In this document: piece after piece, positions 1 through 12,399 of the stretch
Numbering within the stretch: the stretch's first letter is position 1
Layout of the letters: the number at the start of each line of letters is the position of its first letter
Assembly (NCBI RefSeq): GCF_006345805.1
Contig: NC_043003.1
Location: forward strand, 103,788,001 to 103,852,000
DNA from: Octopus sinensis
Taxonomy: Eukaryota
Reading direction: 5' to 3'
DNA length: 64,000 bases
Program-made: the position numbers and the translations under genes
The notes under the pieces: generated by a model
The model's database searches: none
What the model was told of the DNA's origin: nothing
Seen by the model: only the letters and a program-made list of their open reading frames with translations

Positions 1-782
1 GAAAGAAAGATGAACAATGCTTGCATGTGGTAGGCTTGAACCTGTGAACCCAGCATTTAAACAACAGCAACCTAACAACATATACCCATATTTGTTCTGT
101 ATTATCTTCTTTTTCTTGCATCTATTTTGGTCATTTTGTATTTTGTTTTTTCTTCTTTTCTCTTTACTTTTCTTTCATCTGTTTTCTTTTTTATTTTCCT
201 CTTCTGACCTCCACCTCCTTCACTGGGGATGGTCATTATGTTGATCACAGGCAATGGAGATTCACCAATATGGAACCTAATATCACCACTCTTTGCATAC
301 ACACACACACACACACACATTTACACTCTGAATTACCAGAGAAGAAAGGGTAGGCCTACCCTTCAACCTAATGTTAACATTACCCTCTCCCTCCCAACCC
401 TGAAAACTTCACATTGATGTTTGCTGTGCCCTCTTCCATTCCAACACTTATCTTAGGTTCATATGTAATTTTCTATAAATATGTTAAAATTTAATATTGA
501 TACTGACAAATTCACTGCCACCATCTTCAACCAAAATCATCATCACCATCCCTTTCAAACCAAAATAACTACCACCCCCTCCTCCTCTTCCTCCTTTTTC
601 AAACTTTTTTCCTTTGTTTTCTTTTGCTCTTGATTTCCAAGATTATAAGAAAATCCTATTTCCTAATGAATAAAAATAAAATCCTGTTTTATTATCACCT
701 GTTTACTATTTTTTGTGTTATTTTTAACTACCAGTCTGTTTGTATGTAAGCAATTGCCTGTGTGTGTATATATATATTTTGT

Positions 783-1963
783 TTAGCATGTAGCTAACTC
801 CACCAAAAGTATCAAAGTAACTATAGATTACCCCACCAGGCACCCTAACAACAGACTCCCTGTCCTTGATACTGTGAATGACAGAGTGCAACTCCTCCAC
901 ACCCATTACATGAAACCTATAGCTTCTAAATACTGGTAGCAGGCCTAGTTAGGATAATGCACAATATGTCCCCACTATGCAAAGCCTATGAAACAAAAAA
1001 AAGCATGTACAGAACTTCATGCACCACATGCAATTCTCTGGATATGATCAGAAAGATAGGGTCCGGGCATACAGAGGTGCTTGAAAGAAGTTAGTATTAT
1101 AAATAATGAAACCAATGGTACCTGGCCTAGAGATAAGAGTAAAGACTGGAATAGGACATAAAGAGTTTGTGACAAAGCAAACGGGGAGAACACATGATAT
1201 AAATCGACAAATATCAAGGAGTGATGTTTGTAGAGGCCACAGCCCATGGAGAACTAGCCCATAGATTTAGGAAAGCTCTGAAGGAGGCTAATCTCAATAT
1301 TAAGATCATTGAAAAGCCAGGGAGCTCCATCAGATCACAACTATGTAGGATGTACCCCTTTGAGAATACCACATGCACCAATGATAACTGCATAGTATAT
1401 AAGATTAACCCTGGCATTAACTGTAGAATTAGAAATGTAGTCTACAGCATAAGGTGCATAGAGGGTGCTTGTAAAGACAAGAATGTAATATACATAGGTG
1501 AAACATCTAGAAGCATTGCAGAGAGACTAAATGACCATCTGAGACAATATGATGACAAAAAAACAATCCTCCATGCTCTACCAACACGGAGGCACACTTG
1601 GTTCAACTTGACATCCACATTTTATCCAGGCTCCTGAAGGACCCAACACTCAGACAAATACAAGAGTACATCCGCATTAATGAAACATCCCCAGTACTAA
1701 ATAGGAAATACACATAGGTGTCATATCCACAGTTTATATAAACACAAGCACATGGATATGCAGAATACATACAATCAAACGTGCATACATATATACAAAC
1801 ACATACATGTGTATGCACACAAACAAAAGAAGAATAGTCAACAACCATTGAAAAGGTTGCAAGATGCAATGAAAATTTTAGTAAAGTAAATGAGTGGAAA
1901 TCAGACCGGTGAATGTGTTAAATTAATAAGGCACTAAAAGAGAATGACTCTCCCCAGACACAA
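783..1963 (+). mobile_element. Penelope-like retroelement, 5'-truncated and degenerate (RT C-terminus + GIY-YIG endonuclease + 3' end)
   Basis: KVTIDYP..PNNRLPVL, HYMKP, Cys-rich linker, VYSIRC...VIYIGETSRSIAERLNDH (GIY-YIG). Frameshifted; ends in (TA)n. Confidence 0.85.
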
Positions 1964-2033
1964 TATATATATATATATGTTTATAAAAAAGAAGTTTGAA
2001 AATGCCACTATATAAGATAAATTTTAATTTTCT

Positions 2034-2090
2034 TAGAAATTTTACATGTTTCGGTTCTTCTTTAAAAAAAAGAACCTTATCAAAAATATT
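2034..2090 (-). ncRNA. Type I hammerhead ribozyme fold, U3-A8 variant
   Basis: AUUU / UUGAUAA / GGUUCU..AGAACC / GAAA-C-AU-G-UA / AAAU. Confidence 0.7.
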
Positions 2091-2163
2091 TTAAAAAGTT
2101 AAGTGTAATAAAAAAGTTCATAATTGTTTCTTACTGGTCTCAACAGAATCCACGTGGTGGTTT

Positions 2164-2217
2164 AATATTTTTGATAAGGTTCGTTTTTTCAAGAAGAACC
2201 GAAACATGTAAGATTTC
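2164..2217 (+). ncRNA. Type I hammerhead ribozyme fold, U3-A8 variant (inverted twin)
   Basis: Core TTGATAA 2171-2177, stem II GGTTC/GAACC, GAAA 2201-2204, cleavage triplet GUA ending 2210, stem I ATTT/AGAT. Confidence 0.7.
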
Positions 2218-2379
2218 TAAGAAAATTAAAATTTATCTTATATAGTGGCATTTTCAAACTTCTTTTTTATAAATATACACCAACTCGTATACCACCTACA
2301 CTTATTATAATATATATATATATATGTGGAAAAAAAAAGTCAAGATAGAAAATGCTAAAATAATTTTATAAGAAACATT

Positions 2380-2417
2380 TCAGTACCAGTTTCAGTCATT
2401 GAGACTTTTTCAACTAA
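2380..2417 (-). ncRNA. Type I hammerhead ribozyme fold, U3-A8 variant, different family
   Basis: UUAG / UUGAAAA / AGUC-UCAAU-GACU / GAAA-C-UG-G-UA / CUGA. Confidence 0.55.
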
Positions 2418-2810
2418 GTATGGAGAACAATAAAATTTTGGAAAAATTAAAAGAAAAGTTTTTTTAAAAGAATATTTGCATAGTGTTCAAATACAAGTGG
2501 CATTTTCCTTGTTTCTGCTTGTCTCTGTCTCTCTTGTATACTGGTCGATGAATTAGAAAAGAACAGGAGTTACAGAATCAGTTTCTTAAGTCTGGTCCTG
2601 CTATATAAATGTACTCAAACCCGAGTGCTCATACAGCATCTTATACTTTCATCAGAGCGATTTAACTATATATGTGTGCATGTATGTACACACACACAGA
2701 ATATATAAGGAGTATTCATCAACTGACTTTGTACTATGAGTGCTCTGTTTAGTTTACCACTAAAACTCTGGTTTGAACAGCAACTGAACATGAGCTCTTC
2801 AGACTGCCTA

Positions 2811-2839
2811 TCAGAAATCACTACAGGTGTTTTTTTTTT
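2811..2839 (-). CDS. Probable terminal coding segment (EKKNTCSDF*)
   Basis: Long polypyrimidine acceptor ...tatctacctgctcacag; phase 1 gives a short basic tail and TGA at 2813-2811. Confidence 0.45.
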
Positions 2840-3040
2840 CTGTGAGCAGGTAGATACAGATAAAAGAGAAAATGAAAAAGCAAGCTCTTTGGTATCATTT
2901 GTAAAAAGCACCATCCGATTGTGGTTGATGCCAGCCTCCTCTGGCTTCTGTACTGGTGGCACATAAAAAAAGCACCCACTACACTCTCGGAGTGGTTGGC
3001 GTTAGGAAGGGCATCCAGCTGTAGAAACACTGCCAGATCA

Positions 3041-4541
3041 GATTGGTGCATGTAGAGACTGAGAAGAAGGTAATGGAGAGCATCCAGCAAATAGCTAACT
3101 CCATCCACCAAAGTATCAAGGTAACTATAGATTACCCCACTAAGAACCCTAACAATAGACTCCCTGTACTTCATACTGAACTTTGGTTAGAGACTGTGAA
3201 CAACAGAGTGCTCCTCTACTCCTATTATATGAAACCCGTAACTTCAAAATATGTTGTTCACAAGAACTCACCTTTCTCACACAACATGAAAAGTAACATA
3301 CTAATAGCAGACCTAGTTAGAATAATGAACGATGTGTCCCCACAATGCGAACCCTATGAAATGAAGAAACATATACAGAACTTCATACACTGCATGCAGT
3401 TCTCTGGATATGATCAGAAAGATAGGGTTCGTGTATACCGGGGGGCTAGAAACAAATTAGATAACATTATACGTAATGATACCAGTTGTACCTGCCCTAG
3501 ATATAGAAACAAAGAATGGAATAGAATACAAAGAACTTGTGACAAAGCAAACAGCGCGAACATGAGGTATAAAACCGACCAATATCAAGGAGTGATGTTT
3601 GTAGAGGTCACAGCCCATGGAGAACTAGCCTGTAGATTTAGAAAAGCTCTGAAGGAGACCAAACTTAACATTAAGATTATTGAAAAGCCAGGGAACTCCA
3701 TCAGATCACAAGTATGTAGGATGTACCCCTTTAAGAATACCGTATGCACCAATGATAACTGCATGGTATGTAGGATTAGCCCTGGTATTAACTGTAGAAC
3801 ACGAAATGTAGATAGGTATATAGTCTATATACCTATCCGTCTGTATACTGATCTGTTTATTTACATATCTATATGCTTACATAGAGAAAAAAGTGCATAC
3901 TCACACGCTCACACCCACATACATACCTTTATCTACCTAACAGTCCACTACCTAATCTACCTAACAGTCCACTAACTAGTTAGTGGACTGTTAGGTAGAT
4001 AAATGTATGTATGTGGGTGTGAGTATGCACTTTTTATTTCTCTATGTAAGCATATAGATATGTAAATAAAGAGATCAATATACAGACAGATAGGTATATA
4101 GACTATATGAACAGACACATATGGAGACACGGATCCACACATATAAAGATGCACATCCATGCATACAAACATGGTACATAGTTACATAACACACACACAC
4201 ATACATCGAAAATACACAAACACGGACAGGCAAGCACATAAATATACAGGATACGTACATACAGATGCACACACACACATATATACATACATACACATGC
4301 AAAAACACACACACATACATACGTACATGCATGAATGTATAGGCACACACACACACACACACGCGTACAAACTAACAAAATGCAGTGTAAATAACGGACA
4401 GAGTCAGAACTATCGAAAAGGTTGCAAGGCGCAATGAAAAGTTTAGGAAATTAAAAATAAGGAAAAAAAGTGGAAATTTTACCGGTGAGTGTGTTAAATA
4501 ATAAGGCACAAAAAGAAAATGACTCTCCCCAGACACAACAG
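3041..4541 (+). mobile_element. Second copy of the same Penelope-like family, GIY-YIG region replaced by simple repeats
   Basis: 310-aa ORF 3043-3975 collinear with copy 1. Shares the 3' end gactctccccagacacaa followed by (TA)n. Confidence 0.85.
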
Positions 4542-4617
4542 TATATATATATATATATATAGTTCAGGTAAAACTGTAACTAATGATGTGATGTAATAGG
4601 TGCTCAAATTGACTTAC

Positions 4618-4685
4618 CAGTTAAAACACTAACTTCAACTGCGATGAAGACAAAAAGTGCTGTTGTAGCTACTAGCAATGAATGG
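4618..4685 (-). CDS. Probable transmembrane-helix exon (HSLLVATTALFVFIAVEVSVLT)
   Basis: Strong donor ACTG|GTAAGT. Acceptor cacttatag is weak. 68 nt, phase 2 to 1, fits both neighbours; about 20 mostly hydrophobic residues. Confidence 0.5.
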
Positions 4686-4840
4686 CTATAAGTGGCTTAT
4701 CATTGAGCAGGTACATAAGCAGTAAAAAGGCATACCTTAATCTGCATACCTTATTTCTTATGGTACACTCTAACAAAACAACTTAGCAATTACGTTTAAA
4801 TATATAAATTCCATGCTTTTTCTGTATGTATATATAAAAG

Positions 4841-5168
4841 GGTCAACAGTAAAGATCCCCTTTGGCGATGAATGACCATGGGATTGCACTTAGTTCCCTG
4901 CCGAGGCACAAGTCCGGGCAGGTTGTTTATGGAAGACCAGCAGTCGCTCATGCATACCAGCCTCCCTTCTCCATGCCATTGATGTTATCCAAGGGAAAGG
5001 CAAAGGGGCCAATACAGCTTGGCACCAGTGACATTGCAATTCATTTCTACACTTGAGTGAACTGGAGCAATGTGAGGAGATAAAGTGTCTTGCTCAAGAA
5101 AACAACCCACAGCCTGGTCCGGGAGTTGAACTAACTACTTCATGATTTTGAGTCTAATGGTCTAAGCG
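4841..5168 (-). mobile_element. SINE family D (tRNA head + ttgagcaagacacttta core); second copy 40665-40930
   Basis: Two homologous copies in the window. Confidence 0.65.
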
Positions 5169-5169
5169 C

Positions 5170-5418
5170 CCTCACATGTGTGTGTATATGTGTGTCACCG
5201 TGTCTTGACATCTTATGATAGTTGTAAAAGAATGACATTCATTTCCACTGGAAAAACATTCAGCAAAAATATGTCTGTCTTTGGGGAAATATTACCTTGC
5301 TTGGAAGCAGCTGAGGGTTGGCAACAGGAAGGGCATCCAACAGTAGAAGATCTGCCTCAACAAATTTTGTCTGACCCCTGTAAGCATGGAAAAGGGGACT
5401 TTAAACGATGATGATGAA
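5170..5418 (+). mobile_element. SINE fragment ending in an RTE-type tail (aggaagggcatcc..aaacgatgatgatg)
   Basis: 3' end resembles the RTE LINE tail seen at 44130-44305. Confidence 0.55.
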
Positions 5419-5692
5419 GAATGATGAACATAAATACATGCAAATATATTTGTAGTTTTTGAGAATATTTTTATTTTGTATTTTTAAGAATATTTTTTCT
5501 ATTTTTTCTCTTTTCTTGATTAAAATTTTATAAATCTTATATTTTCGCAAACAAAATAAATTTTGATGGAAAAAATAATAAAGAAAAGAAAATAGTGGTG
5601 ACAAATTTCAAAGTTTATCAGATATTCTGGAAAAGAACACAAAAATTATGTTCTCTACTCTCTCTCTCTCCTGCTAAAGTCATTTTACTGAC

Positions 5693-5930
5693 ATTTGAAG
5701 TTCTTTGCCATTTGTCATGGCATTCAAAGCAGAGTCACAAAGCGAGACTTTCTTGCTGTACTGTTTTAGCTTATCCTGAAGCTGTGCCTCCTGTTGCGTT
5801 AGTTCTGTGTTCCGTTGTTCTAGAAGAGTATAGTCTGCTTGTACCTGACTGACTTCGGAAAGTAACTCTTCTAGTCGGTCTTTTTTCCTCTGTTGCTTCT
5901 GCCGCACTTCTTGCAATAAACTAGACACAG
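5693..5930 (-). CDS. Coiled-coil exon (VSSLLQEVRQKQQRKKDRLEELLSEVSQVQADYTLLEQRNTELTQQEAQLQDKLKQYSKKVSLCDSALNAMTNGKELQ)
   Basis: Heptad-like Leu/Gln/Glu/Lys pattern. Acceptor gtcttacttttttag, donor AAT|GTCAGT; 238 nt, phase 1 to 2. Read-through gives a stop at 5680. Confidence 0.8.
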
Positions 5931-5961
5931 CTAAAAAAGTAAGACAAATATTACATTAGTA

Positions 5962-6002
<41 letters not shown>

Positions 6003-6294
6003 TTTATATTTTGGCACAAGGCCAGCAATTTCAGGGGAAGGGATAAGTTGATTGCAGTGACCCCAGTGTTCGACCAGGACTTATTTTACCAACCCCAATA
6101 GGATGAAAGACAAAGTCAACCCTGGTGGCATTTGAACTAAGAACATAAAGACAGATGAAATGTTGCTGAGCATTTGGCCCAGCTTGTTAATGATCCTGCT
6201 ACCTTAAGAACAACACAAGAGCAGCAGCAGCAGCAGCAGGGAGGCGCAATGGCCCAGTGGTTAGGGCATGCTGTATGTTTCATACAATTTCATG

Positions 6295-6845
6295 GACCAG
6301 AAATACTGAATGGATCCTTATGATATTTGGAACTTAGATTCAATGCATAAGGACAGGGAATAATGTAGTATGTTTGGTTTGAATTTGAGGTGGCTTAAAG
6401 GGGGCAGAACCCCCCCATGAAAATTCATAAATTTCCAATGTTGATGAAATTTCAACCATAGGTAATTGACACATCAAGAAGTATTCCCAAAGTTTCCACT
6501 TTTCATGAGGATTTTAAGACCCCTGATGGGGTCTTAACTACCAAATTTTAGTCATTTTTTTATGATCCAAAACTAGGTCAAAAGTACTGAATGGATCTTT
6601 ATGAAATTTGGAAATTATATTCTATGCATAAGGAGAGATGTAATGCAGTATATGTTTGAAAGTGAAGGGGAACAAATGAGGTCACAACCCCCATGAAAAT
6701 TCATATATTCTTGCTGTTCATGAGATTTTAACCATAGATATTAGACACAAATGAAGTAATATCCCCCAAATTTTAACTTCTTAGGAGTCAGTAAGAACCC
6801 TTAATGGTGGCTTAACCCCCACAATTTAGTCATTTTTATTCCTAA
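6295..6845. repeat. Diverged tandem duplication of a unit of about 280 bp; related sequence 7570-7830
   Basis: tactgaatggatc..atg..atttggaa..tgcataagg..ccccatgaaaattcat occurs twice. Confidence 0.6.
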
Positions 6846-8535
6846 GCCAAGATGAATACAATTGCAGTCGTTAAAACTGTAGGGTCACCCAAGCATAAAA
6901 GATGAGCGTTATTTGTAATTCAATGGTACAACAGTGTAAGAGTTTGCTTTGAGATATACTTAGATTGTGATTTCTGCAATGTGGTGCAGAAATTGTCAAG
7001 TAAAGGAGATACATCTTTGCCTCCACTGATTCAGTTGCGAAGTGTTATTTTGAGTAAAGTTATTTGTTGCACACCTCTTTTGAGTCTTTTTATTATCACT
7101 GGGTCAGAGATAACCTCCAGATGGTAACATTGATTTCAAGGCCTTTCCAGATAAGTGATTGGTCATTCAAAGAGATTTATAGATTGCAAATTTATTCTGT
7201 TCAGTTACCTATTGGCATAGTGATCATTGGCAAACTCCAGACGTGACACTTTCATTTCCCCTTAGCCCTCATGTCACACAGTTGTTAATGTTTATTTGAG
7301 CTGGGTCATGTCCTTCCAATTGCTACAGATCCGTAATGCATTTTATGGTTGTGCCGGTCACCTATATGGCGAGGAATCCTACATTGGGGAATGGTAACGA
7401 CTAGGGTAGGGTAACTGACTGCTTATTGTGATCATTTGTCTTTTGGTTTCCTGTAGCTTTACTCTCTTTTACAAACCCAGTGAACATTCATATATTTCCG
7501 ATTTCAAAGAAATTTGAACAATAGACATAAGACACAAGTTAAAAAAGATTCTCAACAATTAAACTTCTCTGGTTGACTTTAAGACCCCATCACTAATAGA
7601 GGTCTTAACTCCCACATTTTAGAGCTCCATGTGCTCCATTTTTCAGGAGCAATAACCTTTGAATAAGTTCCATAAGATTTGAATTTTGGAATCTGGGCAT
7701 AAAGATGAGTAGTATGGGATAAATGTGTCATCATTAGAATTTTCGTTAGGGTGTGTAAAGAGGGAAAGAACCTTCATTAAAATTCTTAATATCCAATTTT
7801 GATGAAATTTGAATGATAGGTATTCCAGTTCATTAGAGAGAATATAAAAGAAAAGTCTAATTCTTCAGTTCCATGTGACACAGGCAATGCTGGGTATCTC
7901 TGCGAGTTTAATTCTAAAAATATGATGGGATTTTTCCTAAACTTCAAATGGCTATGAGGGGTCTAGTAAAGCAGGAATCAAAGGGATCCATTGGTAAGCA
8001 TGGTTGAGAAACACTGATGTAAGGAAGGACATCCAACTCTGGAAGCAATTCCAAAGCTGACAGTCCTCTGGGTTTGCCAGCATGGAAGTTAGATCTTACA
8101 AATGATGATGATCATCATCATGAAGACCACTAATCTAATATTCCTTCCATCACATGCATACTCACAGCTTGCATGCACACACCACTACTCATACCACCTA
8201 TATATACACACATGCCTGCACACACACACACTCCACTCAGCTTCTCGAGTGAACTCTCCTTACTGCTACCAGGCACACTACTATCTACCTGTCATGTCTA
8301 CAGACATGCCTGCACATGAGCCTGCACGGACACACTATGTCAAACACATACATGCAAACACTGTTAATCTCACCAGTCAAGCACTCTCTCACATACAAAC
8401 ACACTGTCCATACATCCTATACAAACATATATAAATACATATACATGGACACACAAATATATATACATATATATAATAAAAATGAGGGTAATAAATTAAA
8501 ATAATTTATTACCAGCCGTTAAATAAATATATAAT

Positions 8536-8588
<53 letters not shown>

Positions 8589-8813
8589 ATATATATAAAT
8601 GTACATTCAGTTCTAATATACTCTAATATCTCACGTGCTTAATATGTATATGCTATCAAAATATATTTATGTTTCATTTCATAATGATAAAGCATTTTGC
8701 TGACAATTTCCTTTATCAATACCTACTGCTGCCTGCTCTAATTATTTACTGATAACATATATATATATAACATATACACACATATACATAATATATAAAA
8801 CAGTTACCCTTAC

Positions 8814-8954
8814 ATTTTAGCTCACTACTCATGCTGTCCAGAGCCAATGCATGTTGATCTCTGTCGTTTCGCATTACATCAAGGAAGGTCTGTCGCGTAC
8901 TGTTATCACAGATTTTGAAGTATTCAGCAATAGAATCAATTTCACCATCAGTAG
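8814..8954 (-). CDS. Internal exon (TDGEIDSIAEYFKICDNSTRQTFLDVMRNDRDQHALALDSMSSELK)
   Basis: Acceptor ctttatatttacag, donor AAT|GTAAGG; 141 nt, phase 1 to 1, open frame. Confidence 0.8.
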
Positions 8955-9281
8955 CTGTAAATATAAAGGGTTATGTCATTAATCCTTCCCCCAACTTAAA
9001 AAGCGCAAAAGACCACCCCCACCTCCTTCCAGTTGGATACCTTTTATTTATATAACTATTTGTGAAACTTTAAAAAAAATGTGTAAATGTAAATGCCTCT
9101 TCCATCCTCTCATCCATTCTGCCCATTTTGATACTTTGCTCCCTATCAAAGCCACAAACAAAGCTTTGGTCAGACTGAGGCTACAGTAGAAGACACTTGC
9201 TCAAGATGCCATGCAGTGGGACTGAACCTAGAATCATGTGGTTGGGAAGCAGACTTCTTACCACACAGCCACACCTGTGTT

Positions 9282-9322
<41 letters not shown>

Positions 9323-10185
9323 GTATATATGTGTGTAAAGTGATAGAAAGGCTATAATGAAATTGCCACAAGACATGGAATATCCAGCCATTCAGGCAGT
9401 GCCAGTTTCTCAAGCATTGCAGACTGTTCTGGCCACATCAATTTCACTGTGTTTTTTCTGTCACCTTTTCCAAATAATACAGGTCTTGAATACAGGACAA
9501 CCTCCAACCTCCTTGGACTCTCTCTCTCTCTCTCTTTCTAAATATATATACAGATATATTATTATTATGGTGGTGGTGGTGGTGATGATGATGATTATAT
9601 GCCCTCATGCAATACCAGGCACTGGCTCTCATGGTTTCTGACCTTAACTGATTGTATTATCATATACATGTTTTGTCATGGCATAACAGATGGCTTACAG
9701 CAAATATTCTGCTCAGTATCACAGATTTGCTTGTCAGTTGCTTGATCTTGTCCCTTGGTGGCTGACGATATGTGCATCTCTAATCATGAGCAGAAGTAAT
9801 GGGGGAGCATCATATCCATATGTTGAGACAAATTCCTTGGGGTTTGACTAATACCCCTCAGGAAACATGGGTGTTTCATTCAACATCCTTAAACAACCCT
9901 TATTCAGGGACTTTTTGAGTGGAATAAGCTACTTAACCTGAAGAAAATTCTAACTGGGCCCCACCTGCAAAGTCATGTTCTGTTAATCTTGATATGAGAT
10001 CACCATGTTGCGTACATATGGTTGTGATGTAATGCACCTGGTTATATCCTTATCAGACGGGTAGTCATGATGGATATATTGGACTTCCTATATTTGTACC
10101 CCAGTGTCACTTTGATGTCATGTGCTGCTCTTCTACTCCTCCTCCTCAACAATAATAACAGCAACAACAACAGCAGCAGCAGCAG

Positions 10186-10556
10186 TGGAGGCACAATGGC
10201 CCAGTGGTTAGGGCAGTGGACTCGCGGTCGGAGGATCATGGTTTCGATTCCCAGACCGGGCGTTGTCTGTGTGTTTATTGAGCGAAAACACCTAAAGCTC
10301 CACGAGGCTCCGGTAGGGGGGGGGGCAACCCCTATTGTACTCTTTTGCTCCATCTTTCTCTCACTCTTTCTTCCTATTTCTTGTCCCCGACTTCCTACGC
10401 AACCACCGAGCCTGGATGCGTATTCATCCATCCGTCGATGCTCTCGGTGTCGGGGGTTAACCTGCTTTCTCTTCTGCGGGTCTTACGAATAGCAAAGGAC
10501 CACGTTTCGGACTTCTCCGATCTTGCGAGCTCTGGGACGAAGACCGTTCGCTCAAC
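10186..10556 (+). mobile_element. tRNA-derived SINE family C, inserted in (CAG/CAA)n
   Basis: ggaggcacaatggcccagtggttagggcagtggactcgcgg..ggtttcgattccc head. Truncated head also at 6240-6268. Confidence 0.8.
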
Positions 10557-10774
10557 AGCAACAGCAGTAACAACAATCCTTTCTATTATAGGTACAAGGC
10601 TTGATATTTGGGGGTAGGGGACTAGTTGATTACTTGACCTCAATGTTTCAGTAGTACTTGATTTATTGACCTTGAAAGGCAAAGTCGACCTCAGCAGAAT
10701 TTGAACAAAATATTGCTAAGCATTTCACCTGGCATGCTAACAATTCTGCCAGCTCACAGCCTTATTATTGAAAA

Positions 10775-11512
10775 ATGGGAAGAGAGCTTTATTATAGCAG
10801 TTTAAGATGAAGTGTTAAAAACAAACACCTTGAGAAAACATGTGTTTGGGGAGACAGTGTCAGCAAAATATAGAATGTGTGGCATTTGGGGTGGAGCAAT
10901 GGCACAAGTTGTAGCCGAGTGTCCCAAGTTGGCTCATGAAGAATATAAGAAATGGAAGCAGAACCAGGTTGTGGAAGTGTTGCACTGGAAACTGAGTCTG
11001 AAACGGGGATTTGAAGCCGAAAGAACTTGGGATGATAAACGGGTTGAAAGAGTGCATGAGATAAATACTCAATTCCATGGAATTTTCTTATTCAAACAGA
11101 CAAGAAGTCAGATAATAATAAACCTAAATATAACAATAATAGACAAAGAAAAGCAAAGTTGCATACTAATTCATCCATCATGTCCATTTGATTCCAGGAT
11201 TGTAAAGGTAGATGAAAAACTTAAAATTTGAAATTGTGAGAATTTGGAATATGAATCCAGTAAATGTTGGCGCATTAGGAACTGTAAGTAATGCTGTAGA
11301 GAAATGGCTGAGTGAGAATGAAATGGAATGCCCTCTTGAACTTCTACAGAAAGTTTGTTTCTTAGGAACAGGAAAGATTATCAGAAGGATTTGAACACTC
11401 GAAAGATTATTGAAAGCTTGTGGATATCCAAAGTTACAAGTAGTAACCTGCTACACACATAAATTCTACCAGGAATAAGACAAAACCTGAGTCAAATTGA
11501 ATAATAATAATT
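10775..11512 (+). mobile_element. R4/Dong-like non-LTR retrotransposon 3' fragment (zinc knuckle + restriction-like endonuclease)
   Basis: YRMCG...VVAECPKLAHEEY, NKP(D)ITIIDK, VGALGTVS, LLQKVCFLGTGKIIRR; frameshifted; ends in a (TAA)n run. Confidence 0.75.
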
Positions 11513-12192
11513 CAAATAACGAATAAATTCTTTATTCTTTTTATTCTTTTACTTGTTTCAGTCATTTGACTGCGGCCATGCTGGAGCACCGCCTTTAGTC
11601 GAGCAAATCGACCCCGGGACTTATTGTTTGTAAGCCCAGTACTTATTATATTGGTCTCTTTTGCCGAACCGCTAAGTGACGGGGACGTAAACACACCAGC
11701 ATCGGTTGTCAAGCAATGCTAGGGGGACAAACACAGACACACAAACACACACATATATATATATACATATATACGACAGGCTTCTTTCAGTTTCCGTCTG
11801 CCAAATCCACTCACAAGGCATTGGTCGGCCCGGGGCTATAGTAGAAGACACTTGCCCAAGATGCCACGCAGTGGGACTGAACTCGCAACCATGTGGTTGG
11901 TTAGCAAGCTACTTACCACACAGCCACTCCTGCAAGTTTTTCCTTCACATCTCTGCTCACAAATTTTGCTAACACCTTGTAATTTTTCCGTTTTGTATTG
12001 TTAATAAAGTTCTCACAATGTAATATTGAACCCCTTATCAATTTAATTGGCCCATATTACAATAGGGATTTTCATAATATCTGGCTGGCAAGACCTAGTT
12101 TCTCCTTCAATCCAACCCAGAAAGGAAAATGAGTTTGATATCCCTGATGTAAAGAAATAACAAGGAAGAGAGCCAAGAAACTTTCAGCTTAC

Positions 12193-12305
12193 ATTTGGTG
12201 ATGCTGTTCGTTTTTATAGAGTTGCTGGAACTGTGGGAAATTGTGTTGGAGATTTCTAGGTCTGGCAGAAGATTGGCGTGAATGTTTTTCTCATTGTCAC
12301 CATTC
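12193..12305 (-). CDS. Internal exon (NGDNEKNIHANLLPDLEISNTISHSSSNSIKTNSITK)
   Basis: Acceptor ctctcttgacattccag, donor AAT|GTAAGC; 113 nt, phase 2 to 1. The other two frames hit stops. Confidence 0.75.
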
Positions 12306-12399
12306 CTGGAATGTCAAGAGAGAGGCAAATAGCAAAGATTTACATTCACACACAGACATATAATACATAAAAGGAAGGTCAAGGTTCTATGGGCAGACC

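Noticed and set aside
2570-2660. Minus-strand CTGATGA...GAAAC with a long intervening hairpin
   Set aside because: Stem II junction, stem III and stem I could not be closed convincingly; at most a decayed ribozyme.
2811-5930. Idea that the coiled-coil + TM protein is a KASH/nesprin partner of the neighbouring torsin
   Set aside because: Predicted tail EKKNTCSDF lacks the PPPX KASH terminus; proximity alone is not evidence.
10186-10262. Possible tRNA gene
   Set aside because: Continues into a SINE body; no proper acceptor stem seen.
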